Origin: Staphylococcus phage AH12
Sequence record: OR455461.1
Length of the DNA stretch: 64,000 nt
Reading direction: 5' to 3' (one strand)
Positions 20,943-31,656 of this stretch are shown here, in pieces. Within the stretch, counting starts at the first letter, position 1, and each line of letters begins with the position of its first letter. Made by a program: the position numbers and the translations under genes. The notes beneath the pieces are model-generated. The model was given only the letters and a program-made list of their open reading frames with translations. It made no database searches and was not told where the DNA came from.

Positions 20943-21749
20943 TTATGCAGTTGCTGGTTTAGTTTCTTTTTTATCACTTTTTTTCCCGGCAGCATTGATA
21001 GCTTTAGCAGCCGAGAATGCAGTAGCTAAAGTTTGGTTAGAAAGTTTAATTGATTTAGATACAGCTGTACGAGATAATGAGTTAGCTTTACTAGCATTAG
21101 ATGCTACACGTTTTTTCTCATTAATAGCTTCTTTATCTTCTTTGGCAGCAGCAGCTACACCATCTTTAGCAGCTTGTTGAGCTGATTTATTAGTTTGAGA
21201 AACTAAGCTAGCTGCAGCCTTAACTTGTTTAACTGAACCGGCAGCAGCTTTAGCAGCCTTATCAGCTTCAGAGATTGTTTTAATTGAACCTTTTACAACA
21301 TTTGCCTCATCATTAAGACCAGATTTAGCATTTTCAAATCCACGATCAAAATGAGGACTATCAGCTTTAGCTAATTCTTGTAAGTTTTTCAAAGCACTTG
21401 GAGCTAATAAAGAATATTCTCTAGCTTCACTTAATTTAGCACCAGATTTAACTCCACTAATATATTTTTGAACGTTAACTACACGAGATTCTAATTTTTT
21501 ATACATTTCTACAAAGAAAGTAGTGAATTTTTTAAATGCTTCTGCAACAGCTTTAGCAATTTTAATAAAGAAATCTTTAGCTTTCTTAGCAAGTTCTCCT
21601 GCTTTTGAAGCTCCTTTTTCTTCTTCATCAGCTTCGTTTAAAGCATTAACGCTTTCTAAAACAAAAAGTTCTGTTTGAGATGCAGAAAGTTCTTCTTGTA
21701 AGAAAGACATTTCAAATGATTGATTTTGCAACATTATATTTTCCTCCAT
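20943..21749 (-). CDS. Ala/Lys-rich helical protein, paralog family member C
   Basis: N-terminal motif shared with A and B. Long A/K-rich low-complexity C-terminus. Confidence 0.55.
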   Translation of the reverse strand: MEENIMLQNQSFEMSFLQEELSASQTELFVLESVNALNEADEEEKGASKAGELAKKAKDFFIKIAKAVAEAFKKFTTFFVEMYKKLESRVVNVQKYISGVKSGAKLSEAREYSLLAPSALKNLQELAKADSPHFDRGFENAKSGLNDEANVVKGSIKTISEADKAAKAAAGSVKQVKAAASLVSQTNKSAQQAAKDGVAAAAKEDKEAINEKKRVASNASKANSLSRTAVSKSIKLSNQTLATAFSAAKAINAAGKKSDKKETKPATA

Positions 21750-21783
21750 TTATTTTTAATTTATTTTTAATTTATTTTGATAT

Positions 21784-22896
21784 TTAGAATTTAATATCAA
21801 AATCATTTTCTAATTCTTTACTGATTTCAGAATCTATTTTTTCAGATTCAGATCTAGCTTGAACTTCAGCTACACCGTCCTCAATATCTATTTTATCAGC
21901 TAATTTACTTAATCTTTCAGCCATTTTTTCCTGTTTCTCACGTGTTGTTTTATCAATATTATTATCTTTTTCACCTTCAATAATACTAACAGCGTCACGT
22001 AAGTATTCAGCAAAATCTGAACGGAATTTAATAAATTTAATATATGCTTGCTTTGTTGCCCACATTACTAACATGGACACAGCTAATGCACCAATACTAC
22101 CAAAGATAACTAAAGATGCTTTTTGAGATCTATTTAGTGCTGTTCCAGCTTCTTTTGCTTTATTTATTGTATCTTTGCTAATATCTGCATCCATAACTTT
22201 ACCAAAATTTTCTTTATATTTATCTTTATTTTTCATAAATGATTTATACATACTATCGAAGCTCTCATTAGTATTAACAATAGAGCCATCAATTTTAAAG
22301 ATATCTCTAAATTTTTTATTTTTTTCTATCATTAATATATTATTTAAAGTCTTTAATTCAATTGAATCTTTATTCTTCAATTTATTATTAGTAATTTCTA
22401 ATATTCCTTTTTCATTTTTCTCAAAACCTAAAAAGAATATTTGAGTCACAACTAATAAAGCTGAAGCTGCAATTGATGCATATGTTATCTGACCAATTTC
22501 ATTTCCATTAGTAAAACTTTTTTTGAAATCACTTTTATATTTTTCAAGCAATTTTACAGAATTCTCAACTGTATCAAAAGCAGAAACAATGGTAGGATTA
22601 AAACCTTTAGATTTTTGAACTTTTATGTAATTAAAAGTTTTTTCAAAATCTTTATATGCTTTAATTTTCTTAAAATCACCTTTACTAGAAAGAATTGATT
22701 TTAAGTTTTTGTTTCCAGATTTTTTCAACATTTTTTCAGACATTTTAGATAAAGAATTAGCGAATGCTTCCGCTTGTTCTTCAGGTTCTAAACGTTTAAA
22801 AGGTCTGAAGGGTAAAGAGAATTCCTGTAAAACTTTTTGAGACATCGCATTTTCATTCAAGAGATGTTTACGTTCAAGTTCCACAGAGAATTCCAC
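21784..22896 (-). CDS. membrane protein with two predicted TM helices
   Basis: Hydrophobic segments ITYASIAASALLVVTQIFFLGF and LVIFGSIGALAVSMLVMWA. Confidence 0.55.
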   Translation of the reverse strand: MEFSVELERKHLLNENAMSQKVLQEFSLPFRPFKRLEPEEQAEAFANSLSKMSEKMLKKSGNKNLKSILSSKGDFKKIKAYKDFEKTFNYIKVQKSKGFNPTIVSAFDTVENSVKLLEKYKSDFKKSFTNGNEIGQITYASIAASALLVVTQIFFLGFEKNEKGILEITNNKLKNKDSIELKTLNNILMIEKNKKFRDIFKIDGSIVNTNESFDSMYKSFMKNKDKYKENFGKVMDADISKDTINKAKEAGTALNRSQKASLVIFGSIGALAVSMLVMWATKQAYIKFIKFRSDFAEYLRDAVSIIEGEKDNNIDKTTREKQEKMAERLSKLADKIDIEDGVAEVQARSESEKIDSEISKELENDFDIKF

Positions 22897-22978
22897 TTCC
22901 TTTCTAGTGTTAATTTATAATAAAAATAAAAATATAGAATCACTACACGCTAATATAATTTTTCTAATTTTATATTTT

Positions 22979-22991
22979 ATAAATAAATGTT
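22979..22991 (-). promoter_or_regulatory. candidate late promoter AACA-N6-TAT (minus strand)
   Basis: Plus ATAaataaaTGTT is the reverse complement of AACAtttattTAT, about 85 nt upstream of the 22896 start. Confidence 0.35.
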
Positions 22992-23061
22992 TAAAGTAAA
23001 TAAACCTTAATTTTCTTCGTTTTAAGATTTTGTATATATTTTTTAACTAAAACTTTCTAAT

Positions 23062-24591
23062 TTATCTTTTTAGTAATTTTTCTAATGCTTTTGAATCTAA
23101 ATCACCTTTTTTACTATCACTACTAACTTTAAGTGCACCAAGTTTATTTTGCTTAATGACTTCAAATTTACGATGATCTGGAAGGTATTTATAAACTATT
23201 TCTCTAGCTTCATCAATTACAATAAATTCTAATAAGAAGAATTCTTTATAGATTTTATCTACTGCACGTCTATCTGAAATTAAATCAATACCTGTCTTAC
23301 GCTTAACTTCTTGAACTTCATCAATACTAATCATTAATGCTGTTGTAGGAATATAGTTACCTGATCTAGAACGAGTAATACCACTAGCTCTATCAACTGT
23401 ATAAATAGAATTTAATTTATTCCAAATAGCTCCAGTACGTCCACGTTTAGAATCTCTAGCAATTTTCTTAGTTCTTTCAGTATCTAATAATAGATCTTTG
23501 AATAATCTTAATTCACCTGTAGTAAATTTAACTAATTTAGTTACAAGATTAGATTTTCTAGATTTATCAGATAGATAGAAAATTACATCTTCAGTTTTAA
23601 CAGGATGAACTACTGTCTTAACACCAAATTTAACTTGTTTAGTTGGATGTTTTACACCTTGTATTGCTTCACCTTTAGAATCTGTTAATAAGAATGTAAC
23701 TTCTGTAGTGACCATTGTAGGTAATGAAGAATTTAATTTATCTTTCTGAATAGTTGTAGTAGATCCAAATTTTTCAGAATACTCTTGTTGCATGTTATTA
23801 GTAACACCTTGCAGTTGTTCTAAACGTTCTTTGAATGCTTGAGCTAAAGGAAAACTGCCGTATGCAAAAGTAGTCCCATTATCTGCTTTCACTTCACGTG
23901 ATTCTTTTAATATATCAAATAATGAACGTGTACTATTGTCTCCTGTTTCTTTTAGATTTTTAAAGACAAATATCTCTTGTTCTCCTTTCTTCGTATCTAC
24001 ATAAATCGTAGCATCATAAGTATTATCATTTCTAGGATCTAAAGATTTCAAAAGTTCTTGTGTATCAAATTCAATAGATATTAAAGTTCCTTCTTCTTGA
24101 GGGTAGTCGTAATTAACAACCTCTTCATTTAATAAATCCATCTCTTCTTTAGTAATTGACATATCATTAATAGATGATAAATTAAATTTTTCATCCGGAG
24201 TTTCTATTAAATAATCATTGACACGTTTTATATCATTTGTTGTACTTTCGTTAAAGTTTACATTATTATGCAAATTACCCATAAATGAAGTAGAATCTTT
24301 AGGATTATATTCTTGTACTGCAGTATTAGTCAGTACAAAATCGAATTCATATGCTCTTTCTAATTCTAATTGATTTCTCATTAATTCTACTGTATCATTA
24401 TCAATAGAATCAGAAGTTACAAGTGGAAATTGTAATATGAAATCACCAGCTTTTCCTCTTAGTGATCTATCAAATGGTCTTTTTCGTTTATTGTTGTTTT
24501 TATAGTTACTGCTTACGTTACCAGGAGTTGTATCCTTAAGTAAACCAATAACATCTGAAAGTATATTTACTTTTTTAGCCAAAACTTTCAC
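23062..24591 (-). CDS. hypothetical protein (GTG start)
   Basis: 509-aa ORF. Confidence 0.55.
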   Translation of the reverse strand: MKVLAKKVNILSDVIGLLKDTTPGNVSSNYKNNNKRKRPFDRSLRGKAGDFILQFPLVTSDSIDNDTVELMRNQLELERAYEFDFVLTNTAVQEYNPKDSTSFMGNLHNNVNFNESTTNDIKRVNDYLIETPDEKFNLSSINDMSITKEEMDLLNEEVVNYDYPQEEGTLISIEFDTQELLKSLDPRNDNTYDATIYVDTKKGEQEIFVFKNLKETGDNSTRSLFDILKESREVKADNGTTFAYGSFPLAQAFKERLEQLQGVTNNMQQEYSEKFGSTTTIQKDKLNSSLPTMVTTEVTFLLTDSKGEAIQGVKHPTKQVKFGVKTVVHPVKTEDVIFYLSDKSRKSNLVTKLVKFTTGELRLFKDLLLDTERTKKIARDSKRGRTGAIWNKLNSIYTVDRASGITRSRSGNYIPTTALMISIDEVQEVKRKTGIDLISDRRAVDKIYKEFFLLEFIVIDEAREIVYKYLPDHRKFEVIKQNKLGALKVSSDSKKGDLDSKALEKLLKR

Positions 24592-24619
24592 TGCCTTCCT
24601 TATTTTTATTAAGATTTTT

Positions 24620-24632
24620 ATAAAATTATGTT
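24620..24632 (-). promoter_or_regulatory. candidate late promoter AACA-N6-TAT (minus strand)
   Basis: Plus ATAaaattaTGTT is the reverse complement of AACAtaatttTAT, about 30 nt upstream of the 24591 start. Confidence 0.4.
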
Positions 24633-25361
24633 TGATGATGATTTTTAGTAAAAAAAGTAAAAAAAAAATTAGCTATTAATGACTCCATTTAAGGAATCAC
24701 TAATAGCTAATTTAAGATGAGCTGTTTTTAAATACTGTTATATTTAAGAAGGTTATCGCTTTGGGCTTTCGCCTGCCATACACTAGAAGCGATAAAATAC
24801 GTATATGACTACTTTCCTGTTTTCCGATACAGTTCCGTTCATTAAGTTTATCTATATTAATTAATATATTAAATATCTCTAAATTTCTTAGGAATATATA
24901 ATAATTCATCTAAAATAAAATTTTCTGTACTCATATTTTTATCTTTATTCTTTATCTCACTGTGAACACTTTCATTCTTCTTTCTTAATTCCTTAATTTC
25001 TTCTAATGTCATTTATTTTTATTCCCCTATACAAGCAACATATCTCTTACGCTATCTTATAAACATGTGTAGACTATATTAATTTTTCAATTAATATACC
25101 TAAATATAACAGTATAACTTTTTGATTATCGAGTATTTCATCGATTTGGAAATCTTTTATTTAACTCATTTGTCTACAATTGGCGTTTATTTCCTATTCG
25201 ATAACTGGGAGGTCCCAGACCTTCTTCTCAATACTTTATAGGGTAAAGTAATAAGTCAGGCATATTTATAGACTAGTTATAAGAGCGAAGAAAGATGACA
25301 TTCTCTCTTCCATTATTATAATATAAATTTAAAAATTAAATTAAAATAATAAGTGTGCTTT

Positions 25362-25374
25362 AACATGTACTTAT
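25362..25374 (+). promoter_or_regulatory. candidate late promoter AACA-N6-TAT
   Basis: AACAtgtactTAT 17 nt upstream of ATG 25390. Confidence 0.45.
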
Positions 25375-25389
25375 TAAAATTTTAAGAAA

Positions 25390-26379
25390 ATGAATGGTGG
25401 TGAAGAAAGATTGGCTGAAGATGATAAAAGCTTAGAAACTTCTTTTAAGGAAGAAATCAAAAAAGAAGGTAATGTAAAAGAAATAGAATCCTTTAACCCT
25501 TATAGAATGAAGGATAAAAATTCAGAAATATTTAATAAAGGTTTACCTTATATTTTCTTTACTGCTCCTCGTTTAAATTTAGTAGATGGTAATATAAATA
25601 GAGATAGTTTCTTTTCATATCTTAAAAGTGTTAAACCAAAATTATTAGAAACTTTAAATTTTAGTAATTTAAATGCTATAAGTTCAGGTAAACCTTTTAT
25701 TCCAATCCTTTCAAATAGATTTATGGGTATATCTATACCCGATACACAAACTACAATGAAAGAATTCCATGAAACATTCTACGGATATAAACAACACTTA
25801 CCGGTAGGAACAGTTAATTCAGTTGCTGGTGGAGAAATTGCTGTTGACTTTGAAGAAAATAAAAATATAGACATTATACATTTAATAAAAGCTTGGAGTG
25901 AATATATTGAAGGAGTTACTAGAGGTTATATGTATCCTTCAGAAGATGCGAAAAGTAAAAGGTATATAGATTATACTAGCTCTATATATTATTTCTTATT
26001 AGATTTTGATGGAGAAACTGTTTTACATTATTCTAAATACACAGGTTGTTTCCCTATTAATGTACCATATGATATATTCTCTCAAAATGTTGGTGAAGAT
26101 GTAGATGTTCCACATGTATCAGTTAACTTTGCTTATTCGTATAAAGAAGATATGAATCCAGATACCTTAGTTGATTTTAATACAGTATCAACAATGGGAA
26201 GTTCAGTTGCAAATGCTTCAGGTGCTTCTCCTATAAGAGCTAATATAAATGCAGTAACAATGGGTGTTAAACTCAAATACGATGAAATGTATCCTATTAA
26301 TACAGGTAGTCCTTATATTGCAATGGGATCAAGAAGTGAAGATGGATCACAAAATAAATATAGATTAAGATTTTTATAA
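25390..26379 (+). CDS. hypothetical (probably virion) protein
   Basis: 329-aa ORF behind a late-type promoter, co-directional with the two large ORFs downstream. Confidence 0.55.
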   Translation: MNGGEERLAEDDKSLETSFKEEIKKEGNVKEIESFNPYRMKDKNSEIFNKGLPYIFFTAPRLNLVDGNINRDSFFSYLKSVKPKLLETLNFSNLNAISSGKPFIPILSNRFMGISIPDTQTTMKEFHETFYGYKQHLPVGTVNSVAGGEIAVDFEENKNIDIIHLIKAWSEYIEGVTRGYMYPSEDAKSKRYIDYTSSIYYFLLDFDGETVLHYSKYTGCFPINVPYDIFSQNVGEDVDVPHVSVNFAYSYKEDMNPDTLVDFNTVSTMGSSVANASGASPIRANINAVTMGVKLKYDEMYPINTGSPYIAMGSRSEDGSQNKYRLRFL

Positions 26380-26402
26380 GAAAGTGAGTTGAAATTAATA
26401 AA

Positions 26403-29393
26403 ATGGCTATAACACAGTATTTCTCTAACGAACAAGAGAAATTAGATTTTTTAAATAATGCTAAGATAGATACGGATAGTGTTATTAAAATAGGAAGTAC
26501 TTCATACGATGTTAAAGAAAAATGGTTTAATATGGCTAGCAAATTCTTTGAAATTGATACTGAAAATACTCCTATTGATGATAATGAAAATGAAGAACTT
26601 ATTAGTTTACTTAAAGCAGGTTTATTTGGTTATATTAATGAGATTAATTCTCATGAAGTTAAAAATGCTATATATCATAGAAACGTTTTGTATGATGAAT
26701 TATTCTTAAATACAGCATCAATACCAATGTCAATTTATAACTTTGCTAAATTATATAATGTACCTATTCAAATGGCCACACCTGCTAACTTTAAAGTAGA
26801 TTTAGTAGTTAGAAAAGAAGATATATTAAAACTTCCAACTAAAGAGATTATATCTACTAAAACTATTGATAAAGAAAAATCTCTAAAAACATACGAAGCA
26901 ACTATATCTAAAAAACAAGATTTCACTATAGGTAACTTTAAATATAGCTTACCTTATGATGTTTCTATTATATTAAAACAATATCCAGTTACTAAAGATG
27001 GTAAAGAATTAATTGATTATAAAATATCAGCTAATTATAATATAGATAACAACTTATTTAAATTCTCATCTATACTAGACAATAACGTTAAAGTAACTAA
27101 AAATATTTCTAATGGAATAGATTATTTATTCTTTAGTTTAGATCTATATCAAATTGATAGAGTTGAAAAAGAATTTAATATTACAAGTAATGATATTGCA
27201 GAAAATATTTATCTAGATAGTAGTTATGAAGGTCAATTAGCTGGATTTAATGTATTTTATGAATATATGGGTGAAAGAATTCCTATGGAAACTTATTTCA
27301 ATAATACATTTACTCCAGATACGGATAATCCTTTCTGTTATTACAATTTTAAAGAGGAAAATAAATTAGAAATATCTTTCTCTAATATTGCTAATTCATT
27401 TAGACCTAAAGCAAATAGTAGAGTTGTAATTGAAACTTTAACTACTAGAGGTGAACAGGGTAACTTTAATTATAATGATGCATTAAATGTATCATTAGAA
27501 TCTGGAATTAGTACATTTGAAAAAATACCAGTTACAGTATTACCTAAAGGAAATTCTGTTAACGGTAGAAATAAACCTACAGTAAATTCAGAAAAAAGAC
27601 GTATTATTAATAAAGCTATAACTAGAGATAATATTATTACAGATTTTGATATTAAAAATTATTTTAATGAAGTTAATGACAGTAATAATATTAATAATTC
27701 ATTTATTAATTTTGTTAAGAAACGTAATGATCTATATACACGTATGTATAATGCATTCTTATTATTAAGAGATAGTAATAATAAAGTTATGCCTACAAAC
27801 ACTGCACCTTATTTAGATTTCCCTAAGCAATACTTCATTGGAAATACTTCTTTAGGAAATGAAGAAAATGGTTATGTTATTCCAGAAAATAGTCTATTTA
27901 AATACGATCATGAAGAAAAAGAATATGTCCATATACCTGATGGTTTAGATGATAAAGATGAAAAAGAAAAATTTGAAAAAGATAAAGATTCTTTATATTA
28001 TGTAAATCCTTTCTTAATCAAGATTAATAAGTATCCTTTCTTATCTTCCAACTATTATAAACTTCATGTAAATGATTTATTCTCAACTGAGTATAAATAC
28101 ATTAATGATTTAATACCTAGTAATATAACTACAACTGATTTATATGTAGAAAAATTAAATGATTTCAAAAATACATTAGAATCAGATACATTTAAATTTA
28201 GTGTAGAAATTGGTATGGATACATCATTACAAGAAATGAAAGATTTATTAAGTGTTAGAGTAGTTCTATTATCTCAAGAAACTGGAGAGAAGTATGGTTA
28301 CTTTGAATTAAAACCAGAAGAAAATATTGAATCTGAAAATAATATTATTGATGACAGTGATAGTAGTGTTGATAAATCTTCACTATATACAGGAATGATA
28401 TCTACAAACAGATCTTTCCATGAAGGAAAACTAGCAATCACAGATTCATTATATGATTCAAAAGGTATTGTACAAGATAATGTATTTATAGATGAGAAAT
28501 TTGTAGTTAAAATTGGAATTATGTATAAAGATGAAGATATGAGATATTTTAATGAATTAGATTATTCTGATGAAATGAATTTCTTTAAAGATGCTTTTCC
28601 TAATCATGAAGATAATGTAATTAATGACTATACATTAGCTTGTTCTATGGAAACTTTTGAAGGAGTATCTATCTATAAAGATATGTCAAATGTAATGAAT
28701 AGTACAATATCTATGGATGATTCTAAATGTAGAGTAGAATTAATACCAATGTTCTCATTAGGTTACTTCATGAATAATTATGAAGAAGTATATAACGTAT
28801 TAGATAGTTATAAAGATATACTAGAAGATGCTATTCCTAGATTACAAAATAATACTAGTATAGATATGAAACTGTATAATACAAAAGGTCCTTCTAATAA
28901 TTATTATTTAGATACTAAATTAAATGATGATAATGTAGAAAATAAATATATCTCTAGAACTGATATATTACTAGATCTAAATATAACACTATACGCTCCA
29001 ATTAATGATTTCTTAGATAAAGAAATTAAAAGATATATATCAGATTTTATTGAAGCATGTAATGAAAATGGTATTATACCTATATCGAATTTAATAAGAT
29101 TATTAGAACAAAATTTTGATATCATTAAATATATTGTATTTAATGGAATTTCAGGCAAATATGCAGAGAAAGTTGATAATCACTATCAAAAACTTCTTAA
29201 CACTAATTTAGGTTATAACGATCTAAATAAACAAGAAATTATCGAATATGTTCCAGAATATATAAACATTAAAAAGAATCTTAGAGATAATAAAGTAGAA
29301 ATTGAAAATGAAGATAATTCAACAGGGACTACAGTTATAGATTTAGGATTAACTTATGATGATGTTGTAAATATTACTTATTCAGTTTCTTAA
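26403..29393 (+). CDS. large hypothetical virion protein
   Basis: 996-aa ORF with no recognisable enzymatic motifs. Confidence 0.6.
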   Translation: MAITQYFSNEQEKLDFLNNAKIDTDSVIKIGSTSYDVKEKWFNMASKFFEIDTENTPIDDNENEELISLLKAGLFGYINEINSHEVKNAIYHRNVLYDELFLNTASIPMSIYNFAKLYNVPIQMATPANFKVDLVVRKEDILKLPTKEIISTKTIDKEKSLKTYEATISKKQDFTIGNFKYSLPYDVSIILKQYPVTKDGKELIDYKISANYNIDNNLFKFSSILDNNVKVTKNISNGIDYLFFSLDLYQIDRVEKEFNITSNDIAENIYLDSSYEGQLAGFNVFYEYMGERIPMETYFNNTFTPDTDNPFCYYNFKEENKLEISFSNIANSFRPKANSRVVIETLTTRGEQGNFNYNDALNVSLESGISTFEKIPVTVLPKGNSVNGRNKPTVNSEKRRIINKAITRDNIITDFDIKNYFNEVNDSNNINNSFINFVKKRNDLYTRMYNAFLLLRDSNNKVMPTNTAPYLDFPKQYFIGNTSLGNEENGYVIPENSLFKYDHEEKEYVHIPDGLDDKDEKEKFEKDKDSLYYVNPFLIKINKYPFLSSNYYKLHVNDLFSTEYKYINDLIPSNITTTDLYVEKLNDFKNTLESDTFKFSVEIGMDTSLQEMKDLLSVRVVLLSQETGEKYGYFELKPEENIESENNIIDDSDSSVDKSSLYTGMISTNRSFHEGKLAITDSLYDSKGIVQDNVFIDEKFVVKIGIMYKDEDMRYFNELDYSDEMNFFKDAFPNHEDNVINDYTLACSMETFEGVSIYKDMSNVMNSTISMDDSKCRVELIPMFSLGYFMNNYEEVYNVLDSYKDILEDAIPRLQNNTSIDMKLYNTKGPSNNYYLDTKLNDDNVENKYISRTDILLDLNITLYAPINDFLDKEIKRYISDFIEACNENGIIPISNLIRLLEQNFDIIKYIVFNGISGKYAEKVDNHYQKLLNTNLGYNDLNKQEIIEYVPEYINIKKNLRDNKVEIENEDNSTGTTVIDLGLTYDDVVNITYSVS

Positions 29394-29421
29394 TATAAAA
29401 TAAAAAGGAGAATTTAAACTT

Positions 29422-30402
29422 ATGTCTAAACCATTCATCTCAAAATATCGTCAAAGTCAAGCTGACTTAAATAAAAAAGCTAATACAGCTTTAGAACAGA
29501 AAAAATACAACGATATGGTCAATGAAGAATTACAAGTTTCAAAAGAGAAAGATTTAATTTCAGGAAGAAATAACCAAATCAAGGCTACAAATAAAAGAGC
29601 TATAGATAACGCTAAAAATAAAAATGATAGAGATTTATTATCATTAAACACTCAAACTATTATGACTACTCTTTTTTCAGCATTAGTATTTAATACTTTC
29701 CCTAACAAAATTGCTGATAAAAGTAAATTACGTGACCATATTGTAAACAAGAGTCGTGTTTTCTTTAATGAAGCAATTGATGCTGAATTAGCTGATTATC
29801 AAGGTAGTGAAGTATTTAAAAATGCAAAATTCAATGCTGCAACTTATGCTAAAGACGCTCATGGAGTTATTGATCCTAAAGACTCAATTAAAGGAGCTAA
29901 AGTAGTTTATAAAAAAGGTAGTACTGAATTTGACTACTTAGTAAATGTAGTTGCTAAGAAAATTGAATCTGCTGTAATCAGAGAATCAGAACTAGTTGAT
30001 GTACGTGAAAAATTAAACGAAGGTATTGCTGATACTCATAAAAAACAAAGTAAAACATTTTTCCGTACATTACATGAAATGGCAATTAATGATATTGTAA
30101 ATAATGAAGAATATCTTAAAGAAGAAATTTCTGCTGAAGAAGTTAATATGAATGCGTTAACTGAAGCTGTTTTAGACTATACTATTATGGAATTAGTTCA
30201 TACAGCTAAATTAAGTACATTTAATATGTCAGAAGTTCAAAAATCTATTAAAAATGGATCATTGAAAGTTAATACATCTCAATCTTCTAAAGTAAATCCT
30301 GAGAATGGTTCTACTAAACCATCTGGCGATGGTGTAAAACCTAGAGTCAGAGATAATGAAAATAAACCGAAGTCAGGAAAAGTTCAATTAAACGAAGAAT
30401 AA
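29422..30402 (+). CDS. hypothetical protein
   Basis: 326-aa ORF with AAGGAGAA RBS. Confidence 0.55.
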   Translation: MSKPFISKYRQSQADLNKKANTALEQKKYNDMVNEELQVSKEKDLISGRNNQIKATNKRAIDNAKNKNDRDLLSLNTQTIMTTLFSALVFNTFPNKIADKSKLRDHIVNKSRVFFNEAIDAELADYQGSEVFKNAKFNAATYAKDAHGVIDPKDSIKGAKVVYKKGSTEFDYLVNVVAKKIESAVIRESELVDVREKLNEGIADTHKKQSKTFFRTLHEMAINDIVNNEEYLKEEISAEEVNMNALTEAVLDYTIMELVHTAKLSTFNMSEVQKSIKNGSLKVNTSQSSKVNPENGSTKPSGDGVKPRVRDNENKPKSGKVQLNEE

Positions 30403-30422
30403 AAAAAAAAATAATAAAATTT

Positions 30423-30452
30423 CCCCAATACCTATTAATTTAGGTATTGGGG
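30423..30452. terminator. bidirectional palindromic terminator element (CCCCAATACCTA ttaatt TAGGTATTGGGG)
   Basis: Flanked by A10 and ATTATATTTTT, between convergent genes. Confidence 0.65.
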
Positions 30453-30461
30453 ATTATATTT

Positions 30462-30932
30462 TTAAATAGATTTTTGATACTCATTTCTTTCTTTTACATA
30501 TAGTGTTAATTTGTAGTACATTATATCTAATATAATATTTGGTAATTCTTCATTATCATAAACTTTATAGAGTTTTTTCTTAAAATCTTCAGATATATAA
30601 CTCATGTATCTATTATAAACATCTTCCAATATTGTATTCTTTCTTTGTTCCGTAATACTTACATTAGAAAATTTCATAGATGGATTTTCTAAATATACAT
30701 CTAGATATATTTCTTCTATTGTTATATCAAAAGTAGGTTTTAAGAAGTTATCAATAGAATAATCTAAATCATCAATAATACTTTTACCATCAAATTTATC
30801 TTCCATATCTTTTACTTTATATTGGAGTTGATTAACATTTTTTAAGCTTTGTTTATACTTATAATAATAATGTCCTATGAATATACCTAGAAGTATACAT
30901 ATAAATATTAAAGCTGTAACTAAAAACCACAT
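30462..30932 (-). CDS. membrane-anchored protein
   Basis: N-terminal TM helix MWFLVTALIFICILLGIFIGHYYY. Confidence 0.5.
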   Translation of the reverse strand: MWFLVTALIFICILLGIFIGHYYYKYKQSLKNVNQLQYKVKDMEDKFDGKSIIDDLDYSIDNFLKPTFDITIEEIYLDVYLENPSMKFSNVSITEQRKNTILEDVYNRYMSYISEDFKKKLYKVYDNEELPNIILDIMYYKLTLYVKERNEYQKSI

Positions 30933-30937
30933 TCATT

Positions 30938-31093
30938 TCACCTCCTTTTTATTCTTCTTAATTTATTGAATCTTTTTCTTTTATTCTTAATTTTAATTTT
31001 TTCACTACGTTCTTTTTTAAGAATATCATTTGAAATATTTGACACTATAAGTAATACTAAAGATATTATGAAAACCATTACAATATAAATCAT
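30938..31093 (-). CDS. small membrane peptide (51 aa; one TM helix plus highly basic tail)
   Basis: Manual translation gives MIYIVMVFIISLVLLIVSNISNDILKKERSEKIKIKNKRKRFNKLRRIKRR. TAATG overlap with the upstream gene. Below the 60-aa cutoff of the track. Confidence 0.3.
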   Translation of the reverse strand: MIYIVMVFIISLVLLIVSNISNDILKKERSEKIKIKNKRKRFNKLRRIKRR

Positions 31094-31647
31094 TACAGTT
31101 CACCATCTTTAATTCTAATGAAGTTAACATTATTTTCTATTAATAAATCCATAACAGGTTCATAATCATCATAGAGTTCATTAAAGTAAACTGTTTTTAT
31201 TCCTGAAGCTATGATATTCTTAGCACAATTGTAACATGGTGAATGTGTGCAATATAAATCAAGTCCTTCTGTAGATATTCCTTTTTTACTCATTTTAGTC
31301 AACGCATTTATTTCTGCATGAACTTCATTAAGTAATGACCATTTATGATGAAGTTCTTGATCTTCGCATTCTATTAGCTCATCTCCATTAATTTCATACC
31401 AAACATTATCTTTTTTCTTAAATATTTCATTACAATTAACTTTACCAGGAAATGATCCATTTACTCCTATAGAATATATTGAAGAATTATCTGCAATAAT
31501 TGAACTAACTTTTTTAGCTGCACACTTACTCAATTCAGAAGCTTCTTTACAATATTTCATACATAATATGTTCCATTTATTGATTTCATAAAAATCATTA
31601 AATTCATTATCATTAAAATCTATTTTTGTAGTCATAATTAAATTCAT
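31093..31647 (-). CDS. dCMP (deoxycytidylate) deaminase
   Basis: HAEINAL ... CTHSPCYNCAKNI zinc-binding cytidine/dCMP deaminase signature. Confidence 0.75.
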   Translation of the reverse strand: MNLIMTTKIDFNDNEFNDFYEINKWNILCMKYCKEASELSKCAAKKVSSIIADNSSIYSIGVNGSFPGKVNCNEIFKKKDNVWYEINGDELIECEDQELHHKWSLLNEVHAEINALTKMSKKGISTEGLDLYCTHSPCYNCAKNIIASGIKTVYFNELYDDYEPVMDLLIENNVNFIRIKDGEL

Positions 31648-31656
31648 AAACTCCTT

